Virus record (IMG/VR): IMGVR_UViG_3300042887_000814
Coordinates: 1 to 64,000 of that record
Length of the DNA: 64,000 nucleotides
DNA from: an uncultured virus (IMG/VR IMGVR_UViG_3300042887_000814)
Lineage: Duplodnaviria; Heunggongvirae; Uroviricota; Caudoviricetes
Reading direction: 5' to 3' (one strand)
How positions within the stretch are numbered: the stretch's first letter is position 1; the number at the start of each line of letters is the position of its first letter. The position numbers were made by a program, and so were the translations under genes. The notes below the pieces were generated by a model that saw only the letters and a list, made by a program, of their open reading frames with translations, was not told the DNA's origin and did no database searches. Of the stretch, positions 18,213-31,867 are shown one piece after another.

Positions 18213-21098
18213 CTATAATTTATATTGTGTCTTGTTAGGCAGTATCGTCTTCTGCGGGAATAACACATAAAAGTCCTGACTGTCTACAGGGTCGGGCACC
18301 GGTGTCGCTGAAGGATACCTAGTCCATGACTTAGTTTCTAATAATGTATCATAATTATATGTCAATGTCTTGCTCACCGAGAATCTATCGATCTGGAAGT
18401 TAATCTGATTTAGAACAAAAGGCCAATCATTTTGTATGTTATCCTTGATGACATTAGCATAGGATATAGCATCGTATACTGCTGATACTGATCCTTCACC
18501 GTCATTAAGTATTATTGAAGAACCACCCTTGGTAGTGCTTACTTTGATCTTATTACCACTCAACACTTCAATGACATAATATACTTTATTTGGTTGCAAA
18601 CCACCAAACACATCATTAGAGAATATTATAGTACCACCTACTAATATATCGCTTGTGTTTGATACTTTGATAGTATTGTCAGCGATAGATGTTTCTATAG
18701 CAGTTATTGTTATAGGTTCTGGAATCTTAGTATAAGCAATAACCCAAGCAGGGGTAAATCCTAATGTGTTTCCGTCTATCTGTTGACTTGTCATCCATAA
18801 TGGCAGTAACTTGAAATTATAGTCCGCGCCTAGTTCTTGTTCTACACGCTTACGCATGTTTTCTAAACTGTTAGGATATAATACTCTAGCATATCCGGGA
18901 GTCAAACTAGTGTAGAATGTAGGAACACCACCATTTAATAATAACGGTAATCCTGTTTGTGTCAGCAAATCAAACATTCTAAAGTTTGTGATAAGATCAG
19001 CCTCTTGATTGAAGATGTAACTTGTATAGATATCATTACTACTTGCATACCATGGTCCTAGATTCAAATCTATGAATCTAGGCCAGAATATTTCTTCACT
19101 TACGCTTTCGCTATATCTATAATCATAATCACTTGAATGATGTCCACCCATAGCAGGTTCATATTTTTGTAGATTATCTATAACGGTACTGTATAATACT
19201 TCATATAAAATATTATTGTTTTCATCTCTTGCTATAGCAGTATTCAATTCACCTAATGTTATATTACGCCAGTAGTGATTTTTCTTAACCGCTTCAATGT
19301 ATTCTTTGATGTCACTAGAATATACACCATAAGCATGTGCATATACAATGTTATTCGCTTTGCCGTAGTTAGGATCATCAGGTCTGAATAGATATTCAGT
19401 AGGTATCAGTTCAGTATTATCTAATAAGCTTGTTATCTTTTCTCTGTCAGCAATGCTAGGTGTGCATTTGATATAAAGATTGTCCGTCGGTATATCATAT
19501 GTCTGCTTGATAGTTAGTGTGAATTCTTTTGTGCTGCTTACTAATGGAATAGATTGCGAATATGCACGAATAGTAAACGTATATGTAGCAGTATCATTTT
19601 TCTCTTGATACGTATCTGTAGGTTGATATGCTACTACACCATCTATTTCTCCATTTGATTTAAATGACAAATTAGGAGGCAACTCACCGCTTATCAATTG
19701 ATATGATAAGGTGACATCACAATTGGCTTCTATCTTTTTATCGCTGACTGTAGCATTATCCATGACACCTAGATCACTATCAGTGACCCATATAATATCA
19801 CCGGTGATGTTATTCGCTACGTTTAATGTGAATTTAAATACAGGGCTAGAATAATTAGAGTCGCTAACTTTAATCGCTTGTGCTGTGAAACCGTACTCTT
19901 GTATATGATTTACCGGTATCGACGGAGTTCCATATACCCAACCAGTATCAGTATCCACAGTCATCCAACTTGGTGCTCCTGCAAAACTATAACGTAAATC
20001 AGTGCCGTCGAAGTCATGGCCTAATATTTTAAAACTAAAATAGTTATCTGACAAGAACTGTCCTATATATGCATTGGCAGTAGGAGGATAAGTCATACCC
20101 GTAACAATTGGATCGGGTGGTAGCACATAGTAACCAAAATTTTCAGTACCTGCGATGTCATATGTAGGTGGTCTAGTATTATAGACTGTAGGGTTTCTAG
20201 TATTTGCTAATTTGCCCGGGCCGCCTTCAACGATAGATAAGTTTTGATTTATAACCACTATAGAATAGAATGCCGAATCATTACCTAAGGGGCTAGTTAA
20301 TTGTAGAGTAAAACTATATTGTCTTTTTGTGGGTTGTCCTATCTCAGTCTCAGGTAATGTAGCATTCATAAAACCTGTACCGGTAGTCAATGTAACAGCA
20401 TCACCACCTGGTATAGTGCTGATAGTTATCTGTGTCGCATTGATAACAGACTTAATGTAATAAACTTGAGTAGTGCTTAGATTGCCTATAGGTGTTCCTG
20501 AAAAAGAGATAGGTCTGTTTTGTACAAAACCATTAGTACCTATCACTGTGATATAATTATTAGTCGCATCTGTAGCAGTAACGAAAGTTGTTACTTCAGG
20601 CAAGTTTACAATCTTTATAGGAGGTTCTGGATAACCTCTGATCAAGCCGGCTTCGTTTATCTCAAGACCGGGAGGTAATGAACCTTGCAATACTCTTATG
20701 TTTACTGGGTTCGTGGGTATAGGATTGTCATAAGATATAGCAATCTCTTGCCATATACTGTCTTGCGTAGTTAATAGTAATCCTTCAGGAGTGCTAAATG
20801 TAGGTAGCGCATCACCTGACACCCTAATACTAAAAGTTCTATCACTTAAGTTACCTAAGTTGTCTGTTACTCTTATCACGAATATGCTTGTAGTATCAGA
20901 GGATACTAATCCAGGTAAACCTGATATCAAACCATCAATACGTAAAGACATACCGTCAGGAAGGGCGCCGCTCAATAATTTATAACTCACTGTAGTCGCA
21001 GGTAGTATTGCCTCTGCTTCTAATTGTAGAGACATTACGATTTGTGCGGGATAAACTCCTACTAATCCTGCTGGTGTGATCCACTTAGGAGCACTCAT
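18213..21098 (-). CDS. Virion/baseplate protein with Ig-like repeats
   Basis: Repeated SGxLPxGLxL...GxIxGxP and FTIRA Ig-like units. Confidence 0.7.
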   Translation of the reverse strand: MSAPKWITPAGLVGVYPAQIVMSLQLEAEAILPATTVSYKLLSGALPDGMSLRIDGLISGLPGLVSSDTTSIFVIRVTDNLGNLSDRTFSIRVSGDALPTFSTPEGLLLTTQDSIWQEIAISYDNPIPTNPVNIRVLQGSLPPGLEINEAGLIRGYPEPPIKIVNLPEVTTFVTATDATNNYITVIGTNGFVQNRPISFSGTPIGNLSTTQVYYIKSVINATQITISTIPGGDAVTLTTGTGFMNATLPETEIGQPTKRQYSFTLQLTSPLGNDSAFYSIVVINQNLSIVEGGPGKLANTRNPTVYNTRPPTYDIAGTENFGYYVLPPDPIVTGMTYPPTANAYIGQFLSDNYFSFKILGHDFDGTDLRYSFAGAPSWMTVDTDTGWVYGTPSIPVNHIQEYGFTAQAIKVSDSNYSSPVFKFTLNVANNITGDIIWVTDSDLGVMDNATVSDKKIEANCDVTLSYQLISGELPPNLSFKSNGEIDGVVAYQPTDTYQEKNDTATYTFTIRAYSQSIPLVSSTKEFTLTIKQTYDIPTDNLYIKCTPSIADREKITSLLDNTELIPTEYLFRPDDPNYGKANNIVYAHAYGVYSSDIKEYIEAVKKNHYWRNITLGELNTAIARDENNNILYEVLYSTVIDNLQKYEPAMGGHHSSDYDYRYSESVSEEIFWPRFIDLNLGPWYASSNDIYTSYIFNQEADLITNFRMFDLLTQTGLPLLLNGGVPTFYTSLTPGYARVLYPNSLENMRKRVEQELGADYNFKLLPLWMTSQQIDGNTLGFTPAWVIAYTKIPEPITITAIETSIADNTIKVSNTSDILVGGTIIFSNDVFGGLQPNKVYYVIEVLSGNKIKVSTTKGGSSIILNDGEGSVSAVYDAISYANVIKDNIQNDWPFVLNQINFQIDRFSVSKTLTYNYDTLLETKSWTRYPSATPVPDPVDSQDFYVLFPQKTILPNKTQYKL

Positions 21099-21110
21099 AT
21101 GTTACCCCCA

Positions 21111-23384
<2,274 letters not shown>

Positions 23385-23385
23385 T

Positions 23386-23712
23386 TTACTTAGTCTCTAA
23401 AATACTTAATGTTAGTTTAAGAACGCTGTTTGCGTTTGCATAAACTCCTATGCTATTACCTGCCTCAACTACTAATTTACCTGACAATAATGCCGCAGCG
23501 TCTCCCACAGGAATAGTGAAGTCTTTCGCTAGTTCTGTATTACCGTTTATTGAACTATAAAAGGTAATGTTGCCGTCATCAGATGCATTTATGTTTGTTG
23601 CTTGCGCTAGCAAGACAATCGCTGTAGTTTCCGCAGGGCATGTGTAAATGTTTGTAGCCACTGTTGTAATATTGGCTGCTACTGACTTGAATACGTTTAA
23701 TGGGCTTGCCAC
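23386..23712 (-). CDS. Small virion/fibre-associated protein
   Basis: 108 aa, GTG start with GGAG RBS, lies between fibre genes. Confidence 0.65.
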   Translation of the reverse strand: MASPLNVFKSVAANITTVATNIYTCPAETTAIVLLAQATNINASDDGNITFYSSINGNTELAKDFTIPVGDAAALLSGKLVVEAGNSIGVYANANSVLKLTLSILETK

Positions 23713-23715
23713 GGT

Positions 23716-25944
23716 TTAATTCTCCAATGCTAATATGTATGGTGTAAGGACTGCGAATAAACTTCTATCAAAAGTTTCTCCTTCGATCACGCCTGCCTCT
23801 TCACTAATCAATAGTCCGTCACCGATTCTAAAATCACCGAATTGATCAGTACTAGTATAATTTACTCTTCCGCCATTCGTCTGACGAATTTCATTCGCTT
23901 GTATAGGAACACCACCTAGTCTTGGTGTTGAAGTTAATATGTTAGTGCCTGTACCAACATATTCAAATGTTTGTCCACTTGCTGATATCAAAGATATCTG
24001 TAAGAAATTAACAGATCCTGGTGTAGGTGTGAACTCTAATGATTCACTAAATGTGATAACGCTTGTACCTGATGATAGTGGTGTAGCCTCACGTACTAAA
24101 ATATATTGTGAATCGACTCCATCAGTTAACAATACAGCGTCATTAACTGCTGGACGTACACTTAATCCACTAACTGTTAATGTGCTACGTGTGTTAGATA
24201 CCAACGTTCCGGTATATAATGTAGGTCCTACACCCTCTGCCCATAATCCATAATCACCGAAACTATTATTTGAATTAGTGATTGAGCAAGTACCGCCATT
24301 TTCACACTTAACACCTGCTGTACAGCAGATAGTGAATATACTTACTAACTGTGCATAACCTTGATTAGTGATGTGTATACCTAATCCACCTTGATTGAAT
24401 TGAGTATAACTGTCAAGAACCATCGACTTCAATCCACCTGCTAGATTGCCGTCTACACGCATGCCTGCGCCTGTAGTTGTGATACTGCTACAGTTTTGAA
24501 TATAAGGGCTTGTTACGATAAACCCTGCACCAGTGCTTGGAAATGCGATTGCTGCCGCAGGAGTCAAATGATCTCTGAATGTCATACCAGTAATATAGCA
24601 ACGATTACGCACCCAGAAAATATCTTGTGTTGGGTTGGCTGGTCTTACATTGACCGCTCTTAAGTTATCACCTACTATACTAACACCTGCGCTTAGTGAC
24701 ATAGGATTTATTTCAGTATAATCACCTGCTTTCACTAATATGCAAGTAATACCTGTTGGATTCAATGCTTGTAGTGCATTGGCTGCTGTTACCGCTGATG
24801 CGATTGTTAATTTAGCATGTGACAAATCTGTACCGCTATTACTGTCGTTGCCTGATTTACTTACATATAATACGTTTTGCGCGACACCGGCTACACCAGT
24901 CGCACCAGTCGCACCAGTAGGTCCTGTAGCACCACTAGGACCACCTGCTGATATAGCAGCCCAGCCGTATTGTGCCGTAGTGAATGTAAGTGTTAATGTA
25001 TTGGCATCAACAAAATCGATTTCTGGATAATCATATCTACCTACAAAACTTACGTTTGCGCTATCTACTGGCTCAACGTTGACGTACCTAGATCCTAGAT
25101 TGTGATTCACAGTCCATACAGTAGAAGGAGTTGCTTGTGTATGCAACCATGTTCCGCCGGGAGGGCCTGAAGGACCGGTCGCACCAGTGGCGCCGGTTAG
25201 ACCGGTCGCACCTTGAGGCGTGAATATATTGATATCCCAAGCAGAATAATAACCGGATCCTATACCACCTACAGCAAAAAACGTCAATGCACCTGTAGCA
25301 GGATTATAACTATTGACTACACCAACCATGTAATTGTTCACATCATATGAACATACTAAATTTTGACCAGTTGTGTATGCTAAACTTGTATCAACAATGC
25401 AAGATTTTAGTTCTTGTGCTGTACCTGTGTCGAAAGGACCACCAGTCGCCGTTGCTGTGAATATAGTTCCTGGATTGTTATTAGGAGAGCCTAATGCGGC
25501 CCAATCTGTATTTCCAGGATTATAAATCCTATATGTCATGCCTATAGTGATATCATCTGCTTCAAGCGGTGATGTGACCAACTCCATTCCGGTTGATGAT
25601 GTAGTGCTATATGGCAATGCAGGGCCAGTAGCACCCATACCACCTAATGATACTGCTGCGTATCCAGTTTGAGGCGTAGTGAAAGTTAGTGTTAGTGTAG
25701 TATTGTTTAAAAATTCTATAGTAGGATAATCATAACGACCTACGAAACTGACATTAGTACTGTCAATAGGTTCAACGTTAACATATCTCTCACCTAAATT
25801 GTGAGTCACCGTCCATACTGTAGATGCAGTCGTTTGAGTATGGAGATGTGTGCCACCTGTAGGACCGGTAGCGCCTGTAGAGCCTTGAACTCCTACTATC
25901 GCTTCTACCCAACTACTACCATTATAATATTTTAATACGCCCAT
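23716..25944 (-). CDS. Fibre/spike protein with short collagen tracts and putative beta-helix (pectin-lyase-like) domain
   Basis: Two HNL modules; VLYVSKSGNDSNSG...AKLTIASA, ILVKAGDYTE, SIVGDNLR beta-helix entry motifs. Confidence 0.75.
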   Translation of the reverse strand: MGVLKYYNGSSWVEAIVGVQGSTGATGPTGGTHLHTQTTASTVWTVTHNLGERYVNVEPIDSTNVSFVGRYDYPTIEFLNNTTLTLTFTTPQTGYAAVSLGGMGATGPALPYSTTSSTGMELVTSPLEADDITIGMTYRIYNPGNTDWAALGSPNNNPGTIFTATATGGPFDTGTAQELKSCIVDTSLAYTTGQNLVCSYDVNNYMVGVVNSYNPATGALTFFAVGGIGSGYYSAWDINIFTPQGATGLTGATGATGPSGPPGGTWLHTQATPSTVWTVNHNLGSRYVNVEPVDSANVSFVGRYDYPEIDFVDANTLTLTFTTAQYGWAAISAGGPSGATGPTGATGATGVAGVAQNVLYVSKSGNDSNSGTDLSHAKLTIASAVTAANALQALNPTGITCILVKAGDYTEINPMSLSAGVSIVGDNLRAVNVRPANPTQDIFWVRNRCYITGMTFRDHLTPAAAIAFPSTGAGFIVTSPYIQNCSSITTTGAGMRVDGNLAGGLKSMVLDSYTQFNQGGLGIHITNQGYAQLVSIFTICCTAGVKCENGGTCSITNSNNSFGDYGLWAEGVGPTLYTGTLVSNTRSTLTVSGLSVRPAVNDAVLLTDGVDSQYILVREATPLSSGTSVITFSESLEFTPTPGSVNFLQISLISASGQTFEYVGTGTNILTSTPRLGGVPIQANEIRQTNGGRVNYTSTDQFGDFRIGDGLLISEEAGVIEGETFDRSLFAVLTPYILALEN

Positions 25945-25976
25945 AATGTTCTATTATTTATTTACCTGTATTTTTA

Positions 25977-28772
25977 TCAAGAGTAACTTGCCCCGACTGT
26001 ATACCACTGACTTGAACTTATCGCATAGTATTGTAAACTTGCATTCGAAACATGTGTGTATGCCGCATTGGTTGCTAGGCCGTTTATTGCGGCACCTGCC
26101 GCAGGATATACGTTCATGCTGTTCACACTTGTATTGTTTACAATCAATACCATACCTGCTGTGGCTGTCGGCAATCTAACTCCTTGTCCTGCACTTACTG
26201 ATGTTACTACGTTGATGTCTTTTGCCAATGCTGTAGCATCACCTTGCACACTACCTGCCGCACTAACACTAGCGGCAACACTTCTTATATAATGTGTCTG
26301 CGCTACTATGTTACCTGCTACTGTTAGAGTATCAGTAGTTTTATTATATGTAAATCCTGTGTCACCGGCTTGAGTACCGGCATCATTGAATTGAACTTCA
26401 GTGTTCGATCCTGCTACTGAGCCAGATGGGCCTGTCGCGCCCTGCACGCCAGTAGCCCCTGTAGGACCTGCTATACCTGTAGCACCTACGCCCGTCGCTC
26501 CAGTAGGTCCTGTCAATCCAGTAGCGCCTGTTGGACCACCAGAAGGACCTGTTGCACCTGTTATACCAGTAGCACCTATACTACCACCTGAAGATATAGC
26601 AGCATATCCAGCCACTGCAGTGGTGAATGTTAAGGTTAAATTGTTATTGTCAACAAATGTGATAGTTGGATAATCATAACGACCAACATAACTCACGTTA
26701 GCACTATCTACTGGTTCTACGTTAACATATTTGTCGTCGAGGTTATGATTGACAGTCCATGTGGTTGATGCAGACGCTTGAGTATGTAAGTATGTAGAAC
26801 CAGCCGGGCCTGTTGCACCAGTAGGACCTGTTATACCTGTAGCACCTACACCTGTTGCACCAGTTGGTCCTACTACGCCAGTAGCACCTTGAACACCGGT
26901 TGCTCCTAGTCCCGTAGCACCTTGAACACCAGTTGCTCCAGTGGCACCTGAGCCAGTTGCACCTTGAATACCAGTTGCGCCAGTTGCGCCTACTCCATCT
27001 ATACCGGGTGTGCTTGTGTCATACCACAATACAGTAGTATCAGGTGGTGCCGTAGGGCCTTCAACTATGCCGGCTACACCAGTAGCACCAGTCGCTCCTG
27101 TAGAACCTTGAGGACCTACCGCGCCAAATAAGTTAACATCCCATGATGTATATGTACCACCGCCTGATATAGATTCAACGTCTACAGACATCAAGCCTGT
27201 TATTGAATTATATGATTGGACATCACCTATCATATAATCTGATATACTAGTTGCTATTACAACTTTTTGAGCCAAAGAATAGGCTAAATTTGTACCGACG
27301 GTAAATGTTTTCAGCCCAAGACCAATTAAAATTGAAGTACTGCTAGTTGTAGAATATATGTCACCAGGAATACCAGTAGCGCCAGTAGGTCCTGTAGGAC
27401 CAGTACTGCCATTTATGCCCGGTGTTCCCGTAGCACCAGTGGATCCTGTCAATCCTGTAGCACCAATCGGACCTGTCGCACCTACTAGTGGTTGTACCCA
27501 ACTTAAGTTACCTGCACCGTCTGTGATGATTGTATAGTTAGGACTGCCGCCTAGGATAGTTATATCACCTAGATCGCCTAAGTCAGCAGATTGTGTTACT
27601 ACTAGATCGTCACCGCGTAACGTTACGGCTTCTACTTCGCCACTTGAATATAAGTCATTAGTATTGACGCTACCTGCAACAATCAACGATGTGTTAGTAA
27701 CAGTAACAACATTTGGAGTTCCGCTAACTGATATAGTCACATTAGCATTTGGTCTTACTACTACATTTGAACTACCGTTATTGATAGAACTGATGTTGCC
27801 TTGTATGTTTGATAGACCACCACCATCACCGCTGAAGTACGTGGCAATCACATTACCCACAACATTTAGATTATTTGTTGTAGGATTGAATTTTAAATTA
27901 GATGATGCCGAGAACTGATTATTAACATTAAATTGAATATCAAAATTAGCACCGGCTGGTTCTTGCAAGTCCCAAGGTTGACCATTAGAATAATATAACT
28001 TGTCAGTCAACACTCCATAAGCAGGATTAGTATTTGATATTCTTAGATTGCCATCTAAGGTAACGTTACCTGCTACGACATTGCTTACTTCTATATTACC
28101 ATCAATAGATATGTTACCGCTGACATTTAAATCATTAGCAACATTTACATAATTTGCTCTGGCTAGATTTCCTAAATTCGCATTACCTGATGTTAAGTTA
28201 CCTGTTACGATTACAGTTGTAATGTTGGCAGTTGTAATGTTAGCAGTACCGGTAGCAATCAAGTTAGATGTATTAACATTTATGTTTGCTGTGATATTGC
28301 TAGCAATCACATTACCGATAATGTTTGCTCTATTGGCAGCAATTACATTGCCTACGCTTATGTTATTAGCAGTTACATTACCGTTAGTTATGTATACGTT
28401 AGGGGCAGCATTCGGTGTACCTATGTATAACGAATTGCCTATGAATGTGTCCGGACGTAAATCTATATATAGGGTTTGTGACGCATTATTAACCGAAGTA
28501 GCATAACCCAATGTATCGGGTGCCAGCCCTATTTCTAGACTAGTAGTAGTGACGTTTAATCGACTAAAATCTGCGGATAGTAATATGTTTCCGGTAGGCG
28601 AATTGACGGAAATGCCGGGTTGCTTGGTTCTATTGATAGATAGAACGCCTTGCGAATTTTGTAATTGGAATAGTTCAGAGAAGTTTTCTTGTGTCTTTTG
28701 AAACGCGGCGCGGATCGCATCTGCGTCTGGATCATCAGGAAAACTACCGAAGTCAATGTTTCTTTGTGCCAT
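25977..28772 (-). CDS. Collagen-like fibre protein
   Basis: N-terminal IDFGSFPDDPDADAIRAAFQKTQENFSEL anchor, Asn-rich beta repeats, (G-X-T)n tracts, shared modules. Confidence 0.82.
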   Translation of the reverse strand: MAQRNIDFGSFPDDPDADAIRAAFQKTQENFSELFQLQNSQGVLSINRTKQPGISVNSPTGNILLSADFSRLNVTTTSLEIGLAPDTLGYATSVNNASQTLYIDLRPDTFIGNSLYIGTPNAAPNVYITNGNVTANNISVGNVIAANRANIIGNVIASNITANINVNTSNLIATGTANITTANITTVIVTGNLTSGNANLGNLARANYVNVANDLNVSGNISIDGNIEVSNVVAGNVTLDGNLRISNTNPAYGVLTDKLYYSNGQPWDLQEPAGANFDIQFNVNNQFSASSNLKFNPTTNNLNVVGNVIATYFSGDGGGLSNIQGNISSINNGSSNVVVRPNANVTISVSGTPNVVTVTNTSLIVAGSVNTNDLYSSGEVEAVTLRGDDLVVTQSADLGDLGDITILGGSPNYTIITDGAGNLSWVQPLVGATGPIGATGLTGSTGATGTPGINGSTGPTGPTGATGIPGDIYSTTSSTSILIGLGLKTFTVGTNLAYSLAQKVVIATSISDYMIGDVQSYNSITGLMSVDVESISGGGTYTSWDVNLFGAVGPQGSTGATGATGVAGIVEGPTAPPDTTVLWYDTSTPGIDGVGATGATGIQGATGSGATGATGVQGATGLGATGVQGATGVVGPTGATGVGATGITGPTGATGPAGSTYLHTQASASTTWTVNHNLDDKYVNVEPVDSANVSYVGRYDYPTITFVDNNNLTLTFTTAVAGYAAISSGGSIGATGITGATGPSGGPTGATGLTGPTGATGVGATGIAGPTGATGVQGATGPSGSVAGSNTEVQFNDAGTQAGDTGFTYNKTTDTLTVAGNIVAQTHYIRSVAASVSAAGSVQGDATALAKDINVVTSVSAGQGVRLPTATAGMVLIVNNTSVNSMNVYPAAGAAINGLATNAAYTHVSNASLQYYAISSSQWYTVGASYS

Positions 28773-28830
28773 TTATCAGTTCACCATTAATATAGTATTT
28801 ATCAGTTTGGGATAAACACGATTGCCAAAA

Positions 28831-28856
28831 AAATACCCGACATAAGTCGGGTATTT
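28831..28856 (-). terminator. Intrinsic terminator
   Basis: AAATACCCGAC-ATAA-GTCGGGTATTT with T-run on minus strand. Confidence 0.8.
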
Positions 28857-28878
28857 CTTCACTTTAATGACTTGCAGA

Positions 28879-31215
28879 TCAGTTTCCTAATCCTGCTAGT
28901 CTTCTGAACTCTGACATATCTTCATCGCCTGTGCGCTCTTTATCACCTGCAAGTACAGGGATAGTTTGCTGACCAGTTGACTTAGGCTTGTTCAATCCAC
29001 CTGAAATCACTTTAGTCATGAACTCAATATCGCGCTCAAATGTCTGCTGTGTACCATCTTTACCTGCATCATTTGCCCACTCATCTAATTTCTTCTCTTT
29101 CTTGTCTTTCTTGTCATCGTATTCGATGTCTTTCTTTACTTCTTTACCGGCTTTTTCTGCTTTGTCGTCATCTTTACCTTTATGACCTTCATCATGTTCG
29201 ATATCTTTAGCGACTTTCTTACCAGCCTTTTCTGCCTTGTCATCCTTCTCACTAGTTGACTCTTCAGCGAGCCATGCTAGTTTCTTGTATAGATTCAAGA
29301 AACTTGTTCTTGATTCGCTCATTGCTTCTTCTTCCTCTTCGGCTGCATCTGCTGATGCTACTGCATCAGCCGCTAATGGATTGCTTTCCATACCGTCTTC
29401 GTTAGTCGCCCCGCCTTTTGCGGTTCCACCTGCTGCCATCGCTGAATCAATTTGTGCTGCGGCTTCTTGACCTTGCTCGTAACCTTCACCATCATCTTCT
29501 GCAACTTGATATTCCATCTGATCTTCTGATTCTACTTCATCGACCATCTCTTTACCTTCGCCGCACTTATGACCTGCTTCCATCATGCCACCGCACTCGT
29601 TGCAAGTTTCTTCTTTAGCGTGATCATGACCTTCTTCATCTTTATAGTCATCGCCACCTGACATGACCTTCAATAGACCCATCATGCCGCCTTTGTCATC
29701 ATAACCACTGAACTTAGGTGCACCGTAATCACTTACAGCCATTGCTGGTTCTGCTGGACCGTCTACTTGTTGCTCACCACCTAATCCACCTAGACCAACT
29801 TGTTTGATGAATGCTAACAACTTGCCTGCATCATCACCTGTTGCTGAAACACTAACTGAATCATCTCCCATGCCGTCGTTTAAACCTTGTGACATGTTTA
29901 CGCTTAGGCCTTCGTTAAGCAAATCATTCAATTGCTTATCTAGGGATTCAAATGCAAATTCATCGATCTTTGCGCTATAGTTTGAACGATCAGTAAATGT
30001 CTTGCCACCTACTGAAAACTTATCACCTTTGTCTGCTTTAGCAAGAGCGGCTGTGAATGCATTACCTTCTCCTACGCCCGCCATACCTGCGCCTGGATCT
30101 GCTGCCATCCCCATCTCTCCCATGCTGCCTTCTTCGGCGCCGTAACCTGCCATATTGTCTACGACATCCTGACCAGATTCAACTTCGCTAACTACTAGGC
30201 CGCGATTTGGCATTAAGCCATAGCACTCATCGATGCCTTCTTTATAACCTTCGTGATAACGACGGTGTTCATCACTACCTTCATTATATTTACTAGCATA
30301 ACTATGCTTACTTAAACCATGTGATTTGCCTTCGTGATAGGCTGCTTCTAATGTATTCATTGCTTCGTCTACCTTCTTTTTCTTTTTGTCGGCTGATGCC
30401 TTCTTCATTGACTCTTTCTTGTTACCATCTTTATCAAGATCAATAAAATCTGGCTTTGCCTCTAATACGTTATCTTTGCGACCTGCACCTAAACCTGCAC
30501 CATAGTCAGGACCTGACTTTGGAATCTCTGCTTCGCTAGTCTTCTTTTTCTTTTCAGGAAGACCCTTGTGTTTAGTTTGTGCAAAGTCTTTAACATCACC
30601 CTTTTTCATTGACTTGGCAACATCTGCTACTGCTTTGCTCATAGGCTTCTCGCCTTTTTGCGCGGCACGTACCATGCCCATGAATTTTTGCTGTGCTTTG
30701 CTTACTGCTTTTTCGTCAAGTTCTTCTTCACCTAATTTCTTATTCATATTGATACGATTAGTTAGGTGTGTCTCTATGTCTTTGCGTTGTGTAGCCTGTG
30801 ACATTTGACCAGGCTGTTGCGCATCACGCTTTGCGGCTGCTGATTTGATAGTGTTCGGGCTTAGTTCATTAAGTTCGTCACCGGCTAAACTCATCTCGCC
30901 CTTGCCTATCGCTGATTTGATTGTTGCGGCAAGTGCAGGATTGCTAACAGTACCTAATGTCTTAGTACCTTGCTTGATTACCTGTGTAGATTGCTTTGCA
31001 GGCTCAATAGTTAATTGCTCCGCTTCATTGATCATGTTCTTATCAATGATATCGAACCAATCTTTCAATGATTTCTTTTTGTCTTTAGCGGCTAGTGCGG
31101 CTTTTTTGGCACGATCACTGGCTGCTTCTTTGTCATGCGGTTTATCAGAAGGTTTAACGTCTTTATCATACGCATCTTCTTCATTAACCATCTCTAAAAA
31201 TTTTCTAAAATCCAT
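28879..31215 (-). CDS. Large low-complexity acidic/basic protein; putative processed head-internal polyprotein with DUF3008-like module
   Basis: Many hydrophobic-X-E sites; KAVSKAQQKFMGMV...DVKDFAQTKHKGLPEKK segment; duplicated KDDKAEKAGK.V.KDIE; ends EFRRLAGL. Confidence 0.6.
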   Translation of the reverse strand: MDFRKFLEMVNEEDAYDKDVKPSDKPHDKEAASDRAKKAALAAKDKKKSLKDWFDIIDKNMINEAEQLTIEPAKQSTQVIKQGTKTLGTVSNPALAATIKSAIGKGEMSLAGDELNELSPNTIKSAAAKRDAQQPGQMSQATQRKDIETHLTNRINMNKKLGEEELDEKAVSKAQQKFMGMVRAAQKGEKPMSKAVADVAKSMKKGDVKDFAQTKHKGLPEKKKKTSEAEIPKSGPDYGAGLGAGRKDNVLEAKPDFIDLDKDGNKKESMKKASADKKKKKVDEAMNTLEAAYHEGKSHGLSKHSYASKYNEGSDEHRRYHEGYKEGIDECYGLMPNRGLVVSEVESGQDVVDNMAGYGAEEGSMGEMGMAADPGAGMAGVGEGNAFTAALAKADKGDKFSVGGKTFTDRSNYSAKIDEFAFESLDKQLNDLLNEGLSVNMSQGLNDGMGDDSVSVSATGDDAGKLLAFIKQVGLGGLGGEQQVDGPAEPAMAVSDYGAPKFSGYDDKGGMMGLLKVMSGGDDYKDEEGHDHAKEETCNECGGMMEAGHKCGEGKEMVDEVESEDQMEYQVAEDDGEGYEQGQEAAAQIDSAMAAGGTAKGGATNEDGMESNPLAADAVASADAAEEEEEAMSESRTSFLNLYKKLAWLAEESTSEKDDKAEKAGKKVAKDIEHDEGHKGKDDDKAEKAGKEVKKDIEYDDKKDKKEKKLDEWANDAGKDGTQQTFERDIEFMTKVISGGLNKPKSTGQQTIPVLAGDKERTGDEDMSEFRRLAGLGN

Positions 31216-31227
31216 GATTGGTTCCTC

Positions 31228-31839
31228 TTAAGCCATCGCGCCTGTCTTAGGCTTTTCTGGACGTTTGATGTTTGTCATAGGACTCTTATCACCCATTGAT
31301 TTATCATCTAAATAAGGCTTGAAAGGGTCGAATGAATCTGGTGTTTCTTTGGCAGCATACGGCATCATGATCTTACTATCTTTTGATTGCTCTTTGATAC
31401 TGCTTAGATATGAATCAGAATAATCTTTATTTGCTTGTTCTGCACCACTGATCTTATCAAAGTCTTTGTTGTTTGGTTCCATTTGGTTAGCATATTCTTC
31501 TTGCTCACGATTGATGCTATCGTCATACTTACTATCAACCAAACGAACATAATTCAAATTGTAACCTAACAATTGTGCTAATTGCTGAACCATTGGTTCT
31601 GTGCATGGATAACGGAACTTGCACTTTAACAATGTTACTGGTTCGTTTTTAATTCCGGGGAAACCATAGACATCTTTCGCTATAGGAAGTGTCTTGGGTG
31701 TGATAGGACCTGCTGGTTCAAACTTCTTAAGATTGTAGATGAATAGGTCCAAGAAGTTCTTGTCAACTTCACCTGCGATCTTGATTGTAACATCGTACAA
31801 ATGTACGCTTTCAGCAATGTATTGTTTTAGGCTTTTCAT
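31228..31839 (-). CDS. Hypothetical protein with T4-like capsid-targeting leader
   Basis: N-terminus MKSLKQYIAE resembles T4 internal-protein leader MKTYQEFIAE; late promoter upstream. Confidence 0.6.
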   Translation of the reverse strand: MKSLKQYIAESVHLYDVTIKIAGEVDKNFLDLFIYNLKKFEPAGPITPKTLPIAKDVYGFPGIKNEPVTLLKCKFRYPCTEPMVQQLAQLLGYNLNYVRLVDSKYDDSINREQEEYANQMEPNNKDFDKISGAEQANKDYSDSYLSSIKEQSKDSKIMMPYAAKETPDSFDPFKPYLDDKSMGDKSPMTNIKRPEKPKTGAMA

Positions 31840-31867
31840 ATCTTATAATTCCCGTATCTAATATTTA

